From positions 3,596,001 to 3,660,000 of the forward strand of contig OZ024749.1 of NCBI GenBank assembly GCA_964016885.1: DNA of 64,000 nt. Direction: 5' to 3'. This stretch comes from Eledone cirrhosa. Its lineage: Eukaryota. Shown here piece by piece: positions 15,908 through 30,968 of the stretch. Both the position numbers and the translations under genes were made by a program. Below the pieces are notes generated by a model. It saw only the letters and a program-made list of their open reading frames with translations. It did not search any database and was not told the DNA's origin. The number at the start of each line of letters is the position of its first letter. Positions within the stretch are counted from its first letter, which is position 1.

Positions 15908-16860
15908 ATATTTATTAAAATAACAGATTAAAGTTTAAGCAAAGAACGGTGCTTTCACCCTTAACGGGATCTTTTGAAACTAACAAAGTCAATCTCTGAA
16001 CGCAGAAGAGAATATTTCAAAAAACGAAATAACCGGAGGAAGTCAGGAAGACGATACTTTGGTTCGTGGAAACCTTCCCTGGCAAATAACGGGAAAAAAC
16101 GAATATAATACGTCATTATTTGGAGCGGTGAAAAACAATTACACGCAAAGACAAAACCACGTTTATGGTATAAAAGAAGTCGTAGTCTAAAATTCTAACT
16201 AGGAAACCGAATGATTCTCCGCTTCAGAGTTAAGAATAAAGTAAATAAAATACAGAGGTTATTGAAATCAAATAAATACATAGACGCATCCATATACCTA
16301 CATACACAGGCATACACGAAAACACCTGCCATATGTATACAAATACTTGCACGTACACAACCCCCCCCCCCCCCCACACAAAAAAAACGAACGCACATAC
16401 AGGACCCACGCAACGCCTGTACCCGCACGCCTCCAGCCCTACCTAGGATCTCCCCGTGTAACTTATATTGGGTGTAGTTGTCTTTTAGACTCCAGATATA
16501 AGTTGAAAGTGACGTCACATTCTAAAGGGAAACAAAAAGAATGGGTATGCATGTAAAGACGTTGCTTGAATCTATTGGCAGTTAACCCTATGTAGGCCCT
16601 ACAGAACGTGGGTGTTTCAACCTTACAGTTGTAGACAATGTTACTAGAGAGACATTTCCCGGATAGGGGGCAGTCAACCCGATTCCTACAATTACAGTTG
16701 GTACTAACTACAGGGTTGCACGTGTTCCTACGGCTAGGTAGTTTAGCTTAATTTGAAGCTGTGATGTTATGTGCAAGGTTAGGAGTCGTAGAGTAAGACG
16801 TTTTAATAGTATTTCTATTAAAAGTTTTACTATATTTTTGTATAGGGGTAAAATGCTTCA
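15908..16860 (-). mobile_element. PLE 3' fragment: GIY-YIG endonuclease relic plus pLTR
   Basis: Minus strand reads NCRNRVDCPLSGKCLSSNIVYNCKV...YIGLTANRFKQR and TSLSTYIWSLKD. The terminus 15908-15980 matches the hairpin at 60571. Confidence 0.85.
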
Positions 16861-16902
16861 TGATAATATTAAAAAAAAATAGAGGTTTGACACACGAGTT
16901 GT

Positions 16903-17120
16903 GATATATTAGTAAAAAGGAAAATAAAATGCTGACACATTTTTCCCAGTGAAAAATACTTTAATTAGGAATAAGTATATATTAGTAATAAGTATTGGTT
17001 ATTATTTAGTTTTAAATACTAAGTAATAATTATTACTATGTCATACTAATTCCTAATTAAACTATTTTTCACTGGGAAAACTTTGTCATGTCAGCATCTT
17101 CTTTTCCTTTTTACTTATAT
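16903..17120. repeat. Imperfect inverted repeat (fold-back element)
   Basis: agtaaaaaggaaaa..atgctgaca..ttttcccagtgaaaaata is inverted relative to tatttttcactgggaaaa..tgtcagcat..ttttcctttttact. Confidence 0.7.
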
Positions 17121-17140
17121 ATATATATATATATATATAT

Positions 17141-17485
17141 AACGAGATTTTCAATAGAAAATGTTGAAGAGATTTTTTCAGTGTTATATCAAAACATTAA
17201 TTTCTTTAGAAGACAGGTTTCAAGCAAGCTATTAACAGAGAAGGATTAACAGAGAAATGAACTCTCTTCTCCGAACATACATGTATGTGAAAATTAATTT
17301 GTCTTCCCCTTTTTATTATTATTATTATTATTATTATCACTATTTGTACAAATATGCAACTTAACAATATCCTGCATATCCGCAATTGACGATACATATA
17401 TGCTGAAACCGGCGTTGTAAATAAATTAATGTTTAGATATATTACTGAAAGAATCTCTTCAACATTTTCTACTGAAAACATTTTT
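17141..17485. repeat. Element with ~60-bp terminal inverted repeats next to (TA)n
   Basis: ttttcaatagaaaatgttgaagagatt...aaacattaattt is inverted relative to aaattaatgttt...aatctcttcaacattttctactgaaaa. Confidence 0.7.
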
Positions 17486-17522
17486 TTTTTTTCTACTATT
17501 TGTTTATATATCAAGTCGTGTG

Positions 17523-17631
<109 letters not shown>

Positions 17632-18372
17632 GTTCAAAGCATGTAGTCAATGACAACATGCTTACATAGGCTAAAGAACCTCACACAGGTGCCTAACTAT
17701 ATCCGCAATATTTGTTCTTCTTCAAGTAAAATATTAATTTGCACTTTAATAATTAAATAATATTTGACTGAAATATCTCAGCAAGTAGATATGTAAATTA
17801 AATGTAGTTAATAAATTGGGGAATATCTTTATTTAGAGAAAGAAAAATTCCTATCGATTTGAGTAACATAAGTCTATAGAGAGAAAAGAATTAAAGTATT
17901 GCCTTTAGGATTCTCCAACTTAAAGAGAATACCTGTCGGGCGTTCGTGGTTTCAACGGTGATTTTAAAATATGTTATTAAATTCGTTTGTGAATTTCACA
18001 TATCTAGCAATTTCCCTTCAAGAGATGTTCTTTCCATGCAAGCCAGAAGAGCCTCATAGGAATTGCTAAGCCTAAGGGAGATCATGACGAAATTCAGTGT
18101 TATTAACTTTTTACAAAATAGTTTGATTTAGTAGTTTTAAAAGAAATATCAAAAGGTAATATAAGTCTTCGATTTTTGCTTTACAGAACACAGACACACA
18201 CACACTCACACGCATAGGCATACACGCACACGCACTTATATACGCATACGCACACCTACACATACACGCGCAGGTACACGCTTTTAGCCAACAATACACT
18301 GGCGTCATCTAAATTTGTTTTATTATATATGTAATTACACGTAGTGAATTTCAAATATGCAAGCAGGTGTGC

Positions 18373-18440
<68 letters not shown>

Positions 18441-18558
18441 GAAAGGTATAGAACATATTGTAGCAAAAAGCCAACAGTATTCCATAATACATATATATAT
18501 ATACATATACATATATATACATGTATACTATATATATATATATTTATAGACATATATA

Positions 18559-18631
<73 letters not shown>

Positions 18632-18636
18632 ATATA

Positions 18637-18678
<42 letters not shown>

Positions 18679-18941
18679 CATATACATGTATACTATATTT
18701 ATATATATATATATATGTGTGTGTGTGTGCATGTGTATACTTATCTACTTATGTATATAATGTGTGTGTATGTGCGAGTATGGGTGAATGATATGATAAA
18801 ACATAAGTGTGTCTGGTCGCGTGAGATTATCTATGAATTTGAGGATATAGATATGCCTGTGAGCATTTGTTGGAGATATGTACGGGAATCCTTATTAATC
18901 TCTCTCTCTAGCCCTCTCTCTATATATATTATATATATATG

Positions 18942-19153
<212 letters not shown>

Positions 19154-19199
19154 TATATATATTTATATATATAGATATATATATATGTATATATATATA

Positions 19200-19243
<44 letters not shown>

Positions 19244-19244
19244 C

Positions 19245-19278
<34 letters not shown>

Positions 19279-20222
19279 GAATATCTTTAAGTCGTTTGGA
19301 AGCCTCGGCAATGCAAATGGGTAAATCTCCGGGTAACAAGGTCCGGTGGTGGAGAGAGCGATGTACGTGGGTGTACGCTGAGGTGCGTGGTGTGTATAAG
19401 ATGTGTGAGATGTGTAGAATGAAGGGAAGAGTATAAAGGATAAAAATAAAAATAACAACACAAGAGAGAGTTACCTTGGGAGATATTTAGTAGTCCCTAT
19501 ATATTTCGGATTCACATCCATCAACTGTTTTTTTCTGGGGTGGGGGAAAAGGTTGTCTGTCGGACAAGTCCGGATCGCGTCTTTCGCTGTTTGTTGATTT
19601 GAATATATATATATATGTATAAATATATATATATATATATATTTAAGCTGTTATTTTAATAAATATTTGCTCTACGGTTTTCTTCTATGTGTCTTAACCG
19701 CATGTAACATGTTTTTATGTGAGAATACCGCATGCCTGAATGATTAAGATGTTAGTTTTACTATCTTCGGTCGTCACGGGTATTTTAAGTAGAATTAAGT
19801 TGACGGGAAGTGTACGGACGCACGTCCGATTATACATAAATATTCATAATTTCTACACAAACACACTTAGGAATATTAAGAAGGATTTTCATTCCATTTC
19901 TTGATTCTTCCAAAATATTTATGTCGTGTTCCGAGAATGAAGCACAAGAAGGAAAACAAACCTCCGCTTGAGATATATAGCGAGAAAAATCCTCCGGGGT
20001 GAAGGAAATCAGCTACACAAATAGTAAACATTATTGATTATGTATGAATCTATTTAGAATACCATTGGACATATCTAGTTTAATAAGTACAGGTCAGATA
20101 CTATTAATAAGATGGCGACCCAAACTATACTTCAGAGATTTTCAAAATTATTCGTTTAAATAAGAGACGAGTTTCATTTATTGATTTGTATCGCTGTGTT
20201 TAGAAATGTTCGGTCAATATAC

Positions 20223-20269
<47 letters not shown>

Positions 20270-20281
<12 letters not shown>

Positions 20282-20874
20282 ATGAGAAGAAAGAAGAATA
20301 CTGCGTGGTTTGCACATGGGTTACATATGATAAAAATAGTCCTTGGTCAGTGATTTTCCAACCATCATTGGTATTTCATCGCATTAAAAATCAGATACCT
20401 CACGTTGGTGCGAGCAATAATCTAAAAAAAGTTATTGGGACCAGTAATCGCGTAAAGCGAGGGGGACAAGTGAACAACCTAGAAGGATAAAAACAAACCA
20501 AAGAAAGGAAATAAACAAGCAACATGGTAGTCCTGGTCAGCATAATATGGGTGGATTTCATGAGCGAAAAGTATAGACGTCCGACGTGAGTGAGATGTAA
20601 GCAAGAACGGAGGACCACTGTTAGCCAAACGGGAGGAAATGAGAAGGGGAGAAACAGAGAGTGGGTGAGTGGAAGTGCGAGGAAGCAGTCAGTCGAGAGA
20701 AAGTGTAACTGACAGAGGGGGCGAAAGAAGGTGAGAGAAACAGAGAGAGCGGGGAAGCAGTATGAGAGAAACAGACAAACGCAGCCGAGGTAAATATATA
20801 TAAAAAACATGAGAAGAAAGAAGAATACTGCGTGGTTTGCACATGGGTTACGTATGATAAAAATAGTCCTTAGT

Positions 20875-20877
<3 letters not shown>
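20270..20877. repeat. Unit bounded by ~70-bp direct repeats in (TA)n (pLTR-like)
   Basis: aaacatgagaagaaagaagaatactgcgtggtttgcacatgggttac...aaaatagtcctt occurs at ~20278 and ~20805. Confidence 0.75.
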
Positions 20878-20924
<47 letters not shown>

Positions 20925-20934
<10 letters not shown>

Positions 20935-21085
20935 CGTAAAATAAGAAAATTTCTTATTTTACGTCTTTTATATTATTGTTCTGCATTCTCCTGCATTGAA
21001 CCACCTAGGTACTATGACATAACCTGTGTATTTGCTAGCATGGGCGTGCATCTGTGCGCTTATGTTAGTTGATATATTAAATTAT
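20925..21085. mobile_element. Minimal fold-back element: perfect ~24-bp hairpin plus tail
   Basis: tataaaagacgtaaaataagaaa-a-tttcttattttacgtcttttata. The tail is homologous to 32010-32135. Confidence 0.7.
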
Positions 21086-21242
21086 CTATATATATATATA
21101 TATTGATATACTTGGGGAGGGTCATATTTGTGTAATATTGCCAGAATTAATAACAGAACACACTCACTGTTTGGTTGGTTTTCGCTTCTCGCTGTCTTTT
21201 ATATCTGCGATCTAACTTAATCGCTAAACTAATTCACCGCCG

Positions 21243-21274
<32 letters not shown>

Positions 21275-21811
21275 CTGGTGCACTTTCAGGTTACCGCCAG
21301 CCACACAAACATGTATCATATCCGGAACAAGCAATGCCTGTGCTGAAGGTTTTTTTAACTGGGGAAGGGTCTTGCACTCTACCAATCCTACTTTCTGAAC
21401 ATCGAAAACACTACCCGAAAAGGAGAACTAGTCAACATCATCGATTGCTTCCGCAGGGTTTATTTCAGAGTTTCCTTCTCCTAGAAAGGTGTTGCGACAA
21501 CAACTGGGGCCTTTCACTCCCAGGTGAAAAAAACCCAAAAAACATCTAATATTTGTACGCCCGTTGACTCTGCTGAGGATCCTACGCCTTTTGCCGGGTA
21601 TTTTATTTCATCCTTCAGGGTGTCCACATATCACCCTCCTCACCAAGATAGCTTTGTGGGGCTATCCGATGACCCGACCACGAGACACATTAATACACAC
21701 ACCCACGCACCCGCACTCACACACACACACACATATAGACACACACACACATACATAAACACACTCATACCCCCCCCACACACACACATATATGTATGTA
21801 TATATATATAT

Positions 21812-22915
21812 TCCTATATAGAAGTAGTTCCAGAACAGTTAATTAACCATATACGATAACAATTGTTTCACCTTAGTCGGATCATCAGCGTGATGTTAAC
21901 TTATAGGGGCTTCTCACAACCAATTGCTTACTCTCCTCTTAACACCAACAGCAATAGAAAAATGAATCGTGCTTATAGAAAAATCATTCCACCCGCCCAC
22001 ACATTTCTCACTCAACGTTAAAACCAATGTAGGTAAAATATTTTTAGCTCTCTTAGATAGGTACTTGTCCATAGGTCAGAAATACCGCTCCATCTTTAAC
22101 AAACACAGGGTGTAACAAGGATACTCGTGCTAAGAATATGAAGGCACACATCACCAACAACCCAAGGTCAAAACACCAACAACCTCTTGCAAAGGCCTGA
22201 ATCGTGTCCACTTCAACCACAATGCAGCACACCCGTTTAATTTAGGAAGCTGTAGTTATTTCTAACCGACCAAATCAATAATAAGAGGTCAAATCCTATG
22301 TAGGAATGGCGGAGGGCCGGTTTAAAGAACGTTTCTTGAATCACCTGTCAACATTCAGACACCCGGACAAACGATCGTCCACAAAGCTCGTAAGCCACAT
22401 ATGTTCCCTGAAAGACACAGGCGTGAATTATCCTATTCAATGGAAAGTAATTATTAAGTCTAAGCCATACGGAAATGGGAATCCGTCTTCTGGGCTGGGC
22501 GTTGAAGAAAGGATCAATATCCTGAGGAGTAGGTCTAAATACAAGGATCGAATTTTTCTCGCGTTGTCCACACGTTGAAAAACACCTATTGCGTAGTTAC
22601 AGAATGTCTCACCGACGTAATCACTGGACGGAATAATATGAATAATCTATTATATTCCGAGTTTTCACAATTGTCTCCCAAACAATCTTACGTGATCTAC
22701 TTCTCTTTGGAAAGTGACACCTTTGCATATGCGCATTCCTATAATTATTGTTCATCTTTCGTATAATCTCATTCAAACCGAGCTGATGATCTGACTAATG
22801 TGAAACAATTGTTCTCGGAGATGGTGAATTAACTGATGTGTAACTATTTCTATCAAACTTGACCCATGGAATGAGTGCTATACTACTACGGATATATCCC
22901 ACCAGTGTTCCACTA
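21812..22915 (+). mobile_element. 5'-truncated PLE: GIY-YIG relic, 3' pLTR and inverted 5' pLTR
   Basis: NVKTNVGKIFL...; YVGMAEGRFKERFLNHLSTFRH...SLKD...IQWKVI (ORF 22306-22578). Hammerheads at 22778-22818 (+) and 21853-21893 (-). Confidence 0.85.
22778..22818 (+). ncRNA. Minimal type I hammerhead ribozyme
   Basis: ccgag-CTGATGA-tctgactaatgt-GAAA-C AATT G-TT-ctcgg. Palindromic loop III; weak stem II in this copy. Confidence 0.75.
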
Positions 22916-22928
22916 ATATACATTTATG

Positions 22929-22976
<48 letters not shown>

Positions 22977-23522
22977 AGAGTGGAAGTGAGTAAAGTCGAA
23001 AAACGATATTCGGAAGCTTTGTACGCATCACCCGATAAGAAAATATTGATAAATCGAGAAGTTACATGTTTAAGAGTAATAAACGTACGTTAAAAAGCAT
23101 GACAAATTGATAACTGTGGTTAGGTGGACAAAGCCACAGAAGCCACCACAATGCAAATACAATCAGATTAAATAACAAACCTCGACCGAATCGCAGGATA
23201 TTATACAATATCCTCAAATAGTTTCTGCGACCTAAATCAACAATCCAATTTGCGCAGTATACAGATTTGTAGCGTTTGAATTTAATACCGAACGCGGACT
23301 CACGTTATCAACAGGTATACGTAAATGACTGTAGCATCACTCACTGTGGTGCTGTCAAGTGTTCTTTCTCAAGGGAAGTGGAAAAAGGACATCCGGGTTT
23401 TAGGGCGAGCAAATTGAAAGTCTGATCAAAAGAACCACTCCGTTCAATATCTACCCAATTAAAGTTCTCAACGATGTTATGAAACATACACACATAATTA
23501 ATCCAGCGATTAATTTATATAA

Positions 23523-23617
<95 letters not shown>

Positions 23618-24319
23618 ATATTAACAAATGGAAACTATTTTTATAAAACCATATTTATTTAATTATACATATTTCAAGGATACCAAGTTAAATTAGGGTG
23701 TGATTTCATCAGATAAAATATATTATTGATAAGTTGTATGAATAAATATTGACATACCCTTAAACAATACGACCATTTTTGTTGGAAGCTCCCGGATAGA
23801 AGGGGTTATGAATTTATTTATACTATTATGCAAATTAGTGTCGGATATTTTTAATCACAGTAAATTTAAAATAAGCCGTTGGGGAATGGAGATAGGGAAA
23901 GAGAAAAAAGAAAAAAGCAGCTTTAGGAGGAAAATAAGAAAACAAGAAAAAGAGAAAGAGAGAAAGAGAAGAAAAGAGAAAAGAGAAAGCAAAACAGAAA
24001 GAGAAAGCCCTAAGTGATAGGTTGTTGTATTAGCATAACCTTTAAGACGAAGTGAACAAATAAATATTTTTGGATGAGTAAAGTAAATAAGTAAATAAGC
24101 GTGAATAGAAAATACTCGTGAATGGAAAATGGATTTTAACCAGTGTTTATCAATTAAATTATCCATCAAATTATTGAGATCTATACATTAAAATTGAGAT
24201 CTATATATTATTAAGAATCTATATATTATTAAAACCCATATATTATTAAAATAATATATTCATATATATATACGTGCGCACACATACATACACATACATA
24301 CACATACATATAAATATAC

Positions 24320-24401
<82 letters not shown>

Positions 24402-24875
24402 ACACATACCATACACATAGATAAAGGACTTTTTATGTATAATATATAGGAATTTTCTCAAACTTATATATTTTTCTGAGAAACCAGAGAAAAAAAACCC
24501 GGAGAAAAACATTTCTATGTAATAGCAAAACAACGTGAAGGAAATTAAGTTATTCACCTATATGAAATGTTATAAATGTCAAGATAACAAAGGAAATTTA
24601 AGATTATAGAATCCGCATGTTATAATACAAACCTTATATTATACATTTTATATTTACTAAATCCACCTGTTATGTAGTTGTGACTGTTATTATATAAGTT
24701 TATTTATCACGAACATTAAGGAAACCCTTATAATCTAGTGCATTTAAATTGTAAGCATATATATATATATATACACAACTGCCACATACATACACATAGA
24801 CATAGATACACATACAGTTAGATATGCATCATATACATTGTACTGCGTCTCTGTTCTGTCCCTGTTCAAATTTTT

Positions 24876-25020
<145 letters not shown>

Positions 25021-25569
25021 GAGAGAGAGAGATAAATGTACAGTACATAGTATAATTGAAGTACATAATATATAAAAAATTACATAATACATAACAAAAT
25101 AAGATAAAAATGAATTATATTACGATTTGGAAATATATTCTTACAAAATATAAGCAATATAACTTTAACGCAATATAATTTTAAAAAATATAATTTTTAA
25201 AATTTACAGAATATCTTATGATATAATTTTAAAATAAGAATATGTCTAAAAAATTCAGTATAGAATTTAAATTTTTTATAAAATATTTAACTCTCAGTAT
25301 GTTTAACTTAATTTTATAATTATATGGGAAATTTTCAAAGAAAAAGAAAGCGTAACTTTCAAAAGAGAAACATTGAAAAATAGGAGAAGCCTTTCAAAGA
25401 AAGTATTTTCTCGTTTTAAGAGCTTTAGGTATGTTTATCTAGAACATTTTTCTAGGAAAAATTGTTTATAATTGAGTGTTTAAGCAGTGAAATGAAGAAA
25501 TCTAATGATTTATCGATAGGTTCAATATATTAATAGAATTAATTATATATTATATTTTAAATTTATATA

Positions 25570-26935
25570 TAAACGTTGAGTTCAATCTATGTCTGCAGCA
25601 GCTGAATAGATTGCTTCTTACATTTAGGGAATTTTTGCTATTTAATATAAAGAATATTTCCTCTATACAAAGATTACAATTTTCTGAATAGGAATTAAAA
25701 GGAGTAGCTTATGAAATAATATTCCAAAGTAACGAATATTTAACGGTCTTTAATTTGAGGTCCCATAATAAGCTAGATAGAGAAGTTGAAGATGTTTTTG
25801 TTTAAATGCGTAAAAGAGCTGTTATTGTTATTAAAACGAGATTTAAAATCTGTGGAAGTAGACCCTACGTAATTAAATGAATTTAAATTAGTTATTACAT
25901 TACAGTTATATACTATATTTTTAGCTAAGCAATTGTTATTTAACGGAGAATTAGATTTATTTCTACAGTTACATTTATCAAATTGGATATTTCTGGGGTT
26001 ATTAGTGGTATTTTGGTTAGGTTTTAAATTCCTATTATTAATTCTATTAATATTCTGCGCTAAATTGTTGGTGGATGAATAAGCTAATTTTAGAGTATGT
26101 CTATTAAAAATTGAGTAATATCTATGTGTTCTAGGGAAGCATTTGTCAAGAGCTTAATAAAATAGTTTAGCAATAGGAGTTTTAATATTTAATGAGAAAG
26201 GAGGAACGAACCATAATATATTCCTAGTTCTATTTCCTTTTTTGTTTTGCGAATTATTGTAAGGTTTTCTATTATAGTTGTTAGGATTATGGTTAGTTGT
26301 TATATTATTATTATCAATGTATTTAATTTTATTTTTATATCCAGCTCTACCTAACGCTTCGTTGTAATAATGTGCTGTATCATCAAGTATATTCTTATTA
26401 ACTGAAATTCTAGAAATGCATTGCTGTACAGAATTCACTATAGTATTTTTAACGGATCTGGGGTGATTAGAGTTAAATTTAAATTCTCGTTTAGCTATGA
26501 AAAGGATAATGAAGACATGTGTTAAGACATGTATTAAGACATGTATTTTTCTATGTAGAGAATTATTTATAAAGAGGCCCACAAGATCCGTTACCTGAGC
26601 GGAATCAGATGATCCCATAGTGATATCGAAATTATTGTTTCTATCTGCTCTAGTCCAGAGTTGGTTGTTAAATTCTATTAATGTTTTCCGTGGCGTTAAG
26701 ATAATGTGCATTTCATTAATAGTTAAGTCTGTATGTTTAAATGCATATGTTAGTGCTTTATTAAGTAGATTAGGAGTGATGTATGAGTAATAATTAGCAA
26801 TATCCAATTGAATAAACTTATTATAGTATTATTTAATTTCCTTAAGTTCCTTTCCATAATTTTAAATAAGATAAGTCTTTAATTTGTGGTTTTATTCTCT
26901 CTAAAATATTCTTGCTAAGTATGCCAAGGTCCGAT
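25570..26935 (-). pseudogene. PLE reverse transcriptase + GIY-YIG endonuclease, disrupted
   Basis: DIANYYSYI, FDITMGSSDSAQVTDLVG, SNHPRSV, WFVPPFSLNIKT, then CNCRNK..PL.NNCLAKNIVYNC..YVGST..FKSRF. The YRDD region is deleted and there are stops. Confidence 0.9.
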
Positions 26936-27154
26936 TTGAATATATTATTTTAAAAATATATGGGTTTTAATAATATATAGATTTTTAATAATATATAGAT
27001 CTCAACTTTTAATGTATAGATCTCAATAATTTGATGGATAATTTAATTGATAAACTAAACATTTAATCATATTTAAACACTGGTTAAAATTCATTTCGAT
27101 TCACGAGTATTTTCCATTCACGCTTATTTACTTATTTACTTTACTCATTCTTGT

Positions 27155-27320
27155 TTTCTTATTTCTTTTTTCTTTTTTAATTTTTTTTCTTATTTCTTTT
27201 TTTCTTTTTTCATTTTTTCTTTTTTCTTTTTTCTTTTTTCTTTTTTCTTTATTCTTTATTCTTTTTTCTTTTTTCTTTTTTCTTTTTTCTTTTTTTCTTT
27301 TTTCTTTTTTTTTTTTTTTT

Positions 27321-27352
<32 letters not shown>

Positions 27353-27725
27353 TTTTTTTCTTTTTTTCTTTTTCTTTTTTTCTTTTTTCTTTTTTTCTTT
27401 TTTTCTTTTTTCATTTTTTCTTTTTTCTTTATTCTTTATTCTTTTTTCTTTTTCTTTTTTTTCTTTTTTCCTTTTTTTTTCTTTTTTTCTTTTTTTCTTT
27501 TTTTTCTTTCTTTTTTTCTTTTTTCTTTTTTTCTTTTTTTCTTTTTTCTTTTTTCTTTTTTCTTTTTTCTTTTTTTCTTTGTTTTCTTTTTTTCTTTTTT
27601 CTTTTTTCTTTTTTCTTTTTTCTTTTTTCTTTTTTCTTTTTTCTTTTTTTCTTTTTTCTTTTTTTCTTTTTTCTTTTTTCTTTTTTCTTTTTTTTTTTTT
27701 TCTTTTTTTTTTTCTTTTTTCTCTT
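27155..27725. repeat. Expanded (CTTTTT)n polypyrimidine tract
   Basis: About 570 nt of almost only T/C, corresponding to a ~110-nt purine tract (23895-24008) in the opposite arm. Confidence 0.9.
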
Positions 27726-27894
27726 TCCCTATCTCCAGACCCCAACAGCTTTTTTTAATCTACTGTGATTTAAAAATATCCGACACTAATTTGCATAATA
27801 GTATAAATAAATTTATAACCCCACTATCCGGGAGCTTCCAACAGAAATTATTTAAGGGTATGTCAATATTTATTTATAAAACTCATCTATAATA

Positions 27895-27959
27895 TATTTT
27901 ATCTGATGAAAGCACACCATAATTTAACTTTGTGTCCTTGAAATATATATAATGAAATA
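27895..27959 (+). ncRNA. Type I hammerhead ribozyme
   Basis: tattttat-CTGATGA(27903)-aagcacac..gtgtcctt-GAAA(27940)-T ATAT A-TA-atgaaata. Confidence 0.85.
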
Positions 27960-28087
27960 AATATGGTTTTATAAATATAGATTCCATTTGTTAATATATC
28001 GTATTTTTACTCCAATAATTTGTTGAGTGCTTTATATCAGTTATCAAAATATTTGCTTGCTGTATCCAAACAATTTAAATAGAACTT

Positions 28088-28120
<33 letters not shown>

Positions 28121-28139
28121 TTTGTTTATTTATATATAT

Positions 28140-28235
<96 letters not shown>

Positions 28236-28382
28236 TTTGAGCATACGTTGCTTGTATACTACCACCTCAGTATGCAGATTGGAATACTCGGCGAAGTGCG
28301 CAGGTTGGTTTGGCTACTCCGGAGTAATGTAAAATAAAATAAAATAAATAAGTCAAATGTTTAAAATTTGGCTTTGTTTAAT

Positions 28383-28437
28383 ACTGCTATATATATTTCG
28401 GTGACAGCCATCTTTGGCCGTGACCTCTTCATGCAGT
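28383..28437 (-). ncRNA. Hammerhead ribozyme with a C3>A core mutation
   Basis: Minus strand: actgc-aTGAAGA-ggtcacggcca aaga tggctgtcacc-GAAA-T ATAT A-TA-gcagt. Confidence 0.75.
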
Positions 28438-29489
28438 CCGAATTAGTATGGTAGGCCCCAGTACACATGCTGTTGAGGTGTATAACTGTGCCAATCCTTT
28501 GATATGACCAGTTCCTGGTTGGGTTGTTATTTCACTGAGGTACTGGAATCATATGAATTTAAACAAACGTATGTCAGCGTCACAGGGCCTCTTCTCCATT
28601 CATTGGTCAGTTGTTAGAACATTCCTCAGTCAAATGTCTAGTAAAATTCGTTCTGAGGCAAGCCAATCTGTAGTTGTTGTTCTTGTCATTGTTAGGTGCA
28701 TCTGACCTCTATTCATATGTTGGTAGTGGTGTTTTTGTTGGAGTCAGCTCAAAGGAATTATAAAGTAGTAGAAGCAATAAGATGGTAAAGGAAGAAAATA
28801 AAATAAAATATGTGTGTTGTGTCATAACCATCTCAATGTTATAAAGATTTGTAAGGTCACTCTTCCAACTGGTCAGTTTTGAGAGCATTTCTCAGTCCAA
28901 ATCTATAAAAATTATTTCTGGGGTGAGGCTCCCTGTAGTGTTTGTGTTTGCTATTGTTAAGTACTTCTGACCTCTACCCTTATTTTGGTAGCGTTGTTGG
29001 TGTTGTGGTCTTGCTGCTGCTGACAATTTAGAAGTACCTGTGTGTGTGTTTCTTCATCACTCCTGCCACCATCTCCCGTGGTGGTGGTGGCGGTGGCTTT
29101 TTACTGGCATGTATGTGAAGAAATAGAAGGCAATAACACGAAGAAAACAGAAAATAAATAAATAAATATTAAATATAGAATAAATGAAAAATTAATGAAA
29201 AAGTAATGAAAAATGAAAATGGAAAATGAAAATTGAAAATGAAAAGTGTAAAGAGAAAATAAAATAAGATAAAAATATGTGTGTGCTATAACCAATCTCA
29301 AGGTCAGAAATATGTTGGATAAAACAGTAGGAGGAACAAGATGGTAAAATAATAAAACGAAATAGGATAATCAAATAAAATGTGTTTGTGTTATAACCAA
29401 TCTGAACTTAAATATAAATATAAGGTGATAAAGTGAAGAAAGCAGAAACCAAATAACAAATGAATAATGAGAAATCAAGAATGAAAAAT

Positions 29490-29712
29490 TAAAAATCAAG
29501 TAAAGTAAAATGTGTGTGTGTTATAAAGATGTTGGCCAAGTATAAAGGCTCTGTCAGGAATGGAGATGATTATACCAGCGGTCTTTAAAAGCTCGTTGAT
29601 GTGGCTCCTATGAGCAGACACCATGATAGCCTAGAGATTGATTCTGCCACAGCCTTTATAATTTGGCCAACAACTTTATAACACACATACATTTTGCTTT
29701 ACTTGATTTTTA
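29490..29712. mobile_element. Fold-back element with ~70-bp arms
   Basis: aaaaatcaagtaaag...ttggccaa..tataaaggct and its inverse. The spacer holds a degenerate core ttgatgt-ggctc ctat gagca-gacac. Confidence 0.7.
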
Positions 29713-29880
29713 TTTTTTTTATTATAAAACATGTCTGTAATACAATGGCAATATATTGACAAAGCGATTGAAGTATCTGACTATAACAAATCATGAGTGC
29801 TAGAGAATAATGAACGGCTTTAATTTGGATGTGTTTGTCATCGTATTATGGTGGAGGACATAATACCAGATATTCTAAAT

Positions 29881-30189
29881 CAGGGGTGTGCAACATATTA
29901 CGTTGGTGAGCCAGTTCTGAAAATTGGATCAAGTATTAGGGCCAGTCACTGTCAAAATTACGTAATCTAATGAAAACCACAACTTTTTTCCATAACATGG
30001 AACTGGGAAATTATAACAGACATAATCATATCTGTGAATCTCTTTAGTAGAGGTCAAGTAACAGATAATTATATTACGGTTACGAAAAGATTCTAAATAA
30101 GCCTACAAAGTAAAAATAAAAAACGGACATCGCGGGCCACACTGACTTGTCTGGTGGACTGGATCGGGGGCCGCCTGTGCACACCCCTG
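29881..30189. mobile_element. hAT (Charlie-like) MITE
   Basis: TIRs caggggtgtgca / tgcacacccctg. 8-bp target duplication ttctaaat / ctctaaat. Confidence 0.85.
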
Positions 30190-30390
30190 CTCTAAATCAA
30201 TTAAATCCGCTTCCATTGAAACAGCCGTACAGATAAACCGTCATATACACCATTATTCGGAACAAAGCACTGTTAGAACTACTGTTAATTGGTCCAAGCC
30301 GCGGAAATTGGCAATATGCGCAAAGGAATATCCCTCACAAATGTTTTAACAATATATATATATACATATATATATATACTTATATATATA

Positions 30391-30712
<322 letters not shown>

Positions 30713-30918
30713 GATTGGTGCTCTGAATTAGCGATGTATAAAGGTATGTATGTATAGTATATTCGGTATACATTCATGTATGCATCCCTATTTCAGAGCA
30801 ACAATCGTAAATTTTAATTTTTACTGGCCCGCAGTCGCTCTTGTAATTAGTTCGTGATTATTACAGGAATTCTATAAGAATCCAGCCTCTATAATTGTCG
30901 GCAGAGGTCGGGGAGTAC

Positions 30919-30968
30919 GTTGCCCTGAGGAACACCAACAGTGTGAAACAGAATATGTCAGCTTAACT
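30919..30968 (+). ncRNA. Hammerhead ribozyme with eroded stem I
   Basis: CTGAGGA(30925)-acac caaca gtgt-GAA-aca gaata tgt-C; GUC triplet. Confidence 0.7.

Noticed and set aside
27128-27745. 205-aa Lys/Arg/Glu-rich ORF
   Set aside because: Reverse reading of the expanded T/C tract inside a PLE arm.
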